Positions 16,662 through 17,249 of a stretch of DNA of 17,249 nucleotides are shown in pieces; positions within the stretch are counted from its first letter, which is position 1, and every line of letters begins with the position of its first letter. The position numbers and the translations under genes were made by a program. Location of the stretch: the NCBI GenBank assembly GCA_031414595.1, contig JANNVX010000079.1, forward strand, positions 1-17,249. The letters run 5' to 3'. The notes beneath the pieces are model-generated. The model saw only the letters and a list, made by a program, of their open reading frames with translations. It made no database searches and was not told where the DNA came from. The stretch is from Deinococcales bacterium (GTDB lineage: Bacteria; Deinococcota; Deinococci; Deinococcales; JAAFIG01).

Positions 16662-16865
16662 AAGTTAAAGCAGTTTAGGAGAGTGTTTTCACGGTTTGAC
16701 CAATTGGCTCGGAATTATCTCGCGTTTGTACAATTCGCTTGTATGTTGATATGGTTGCGATGAAATGTCAACACAGCCTAGAGCGACTACTGGACGATTT
16801 AAGTAACTTGAGCCGTGTGGAGGCTGGGGCAGTCCAAATAGCCATGCAGCCCGTAGAACTCGAGA

Positions 16866-16985
16866 CTTGAAATTATTGCAGAAATGGCTTTTGTAACCAC
16901 CACGCTTAACCCTCAAGCACCACCCATTTCAAAGACACTACTCGAAAAGAATTATCGCAGAAAACATGGTACTAAAGCCTATTAA
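16866..16985 (+). pseudogene. araD: C-terminal remnant of L-ribulose-5-phosphate 4-epimerase (AraD family)
   Basis: LEIIAEMAFVTTTLNPQAPPISKTLLEKNYRRKHGTKAY* matches the AraD tail LE..A.M...LLDKHYLRKHG.KAYYGQ. A stop replaces the second Tyr. Confidence 0.75.
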
Positions 16986-17002
16986 AGACAACAAACTCGA
17001 CC

Positions 17003-17031
17003 CTTCTACTTCAATATTAATGAAGTAGAAG
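17003..17031. repeat. Perfect 11-bp inverted repeat with 7-nt spacer
   Basis: CTTCTACTTCA-atattaa-TGAAGTAGAAG. Confidence 0.75.
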
Positions 17032-17111
17032 TGCTAAAAAGCATAGTGAGGATTTTTACCGATTAAAAGTGGTTTGGCTACCGAAATCGGTGCAAAAGAT
17101 GCTATGACCAT

Positions 17112-17249
17112 TAGACGTTATCGGAAATAAGAAACTAGCTCGATTTCCGCAAAGCCCGTTTGCGAAAAGCACAGCGAAGGTTATGCAAACCACAAGCAAT
17201 CTCCATAAACCAATCAGAGCAATACCACTTCGTATTCCGCAACACGTCC
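17112..17249 (-). mobile_element. End of a second IS (IS5-family ISL2-like / DDE_Tnp_4); transposase C-terminus at 17135-17248, running off the window
   Basis: Minus-strand translation DVLRNTKWYCSDWFMEIACGLHNLRC...* carries the CGLHNLR tail motif. It is followed closely by a probable terminal repeat, TAGACGTTATCGGAAATAAG on the + strand. Confidence 0.7.

Larger units (their letters stand above)
15821..16763 (+). pseudogene. IS5-family transposase pseudogene (orfA/orfB with -1 frameshift)
   Basis: WILRSGAQ*RLLP (TAG at 15965), WNSIYKRFNRW, IDASIVRAH, slippery AAAAGGGGGG (16179-16188), LGRSKGGYTTKIH, ADKGYDSD, and ERHLVECFFN|KLKQFRRVFSRFD to TGA 16763. Confidence 0.92.
15780..16778 (+). mobile_element. 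IS5-family insertion sequence (IS427-like group), inactivated
   Basis: Terminal inverted repeats GGCTGTGTTGAC / GTCAACACAGCC with a TA duplication in a CTAG target. Length is 817 bp once the two internal inserts are subtracted. Confidence 0.92.
15521..16870 (+). pseudogene. Collapsed two-component system: receiver fragment fused by deletion to a HisKA fragment and interrupted by an IS
   Basis: YFVVSDAEVGS*GLQQILDTAPHLVILDV (receiver, 15521-15607) runs in frame into LEQTE...VAHELRTPL (H-box). Frameshift near 15750. Removing the IS restores EVKRL|ERLLDDLSNLSRVEAG, ending at TGA 16868-16870. Confidence 0.85.

Overview
Metal (most likely copper) homeostasis and cell-envelope island, probably from a Deinococcota genome (inferred from the C-H-H type CsoR, the gene content and a strong excess of CTCGAG). 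The left end holds the 3' part of csoR, a HupE/UreJ-type remnant and a DUF305 gene on the + strand. The core is a tightly coupled run of 16 minus-strand genes (15411->1114): Met-rich DUF305/CopM-like protein, exported rhodanese, Lgt-like/TlpA fusion, C39-like peptidase with TPR, Tat multicopper oxidase, LysM-M23 peptidase, VanW-domain protein, TlpA, Lnt, MsrQ-like heme protein, CcdA, DsbA-family protein, an orphan PD-(D/E)XK nuclease-like protein, a Met-rich beta-propeller, a second C39-like peptidase and an nDsbD-like lipoprotein. The right end is decayed: a divergent two-component system collapsed into a receiver/HisKA pseudogene and interrupted by an IS5-family element, which itself carries a 41-bp insert and a 141-bp REPIN-like insert. 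An araD remnant and the end of a second IS follow. All family calls come from motif recognition by eye; no database searches were run.
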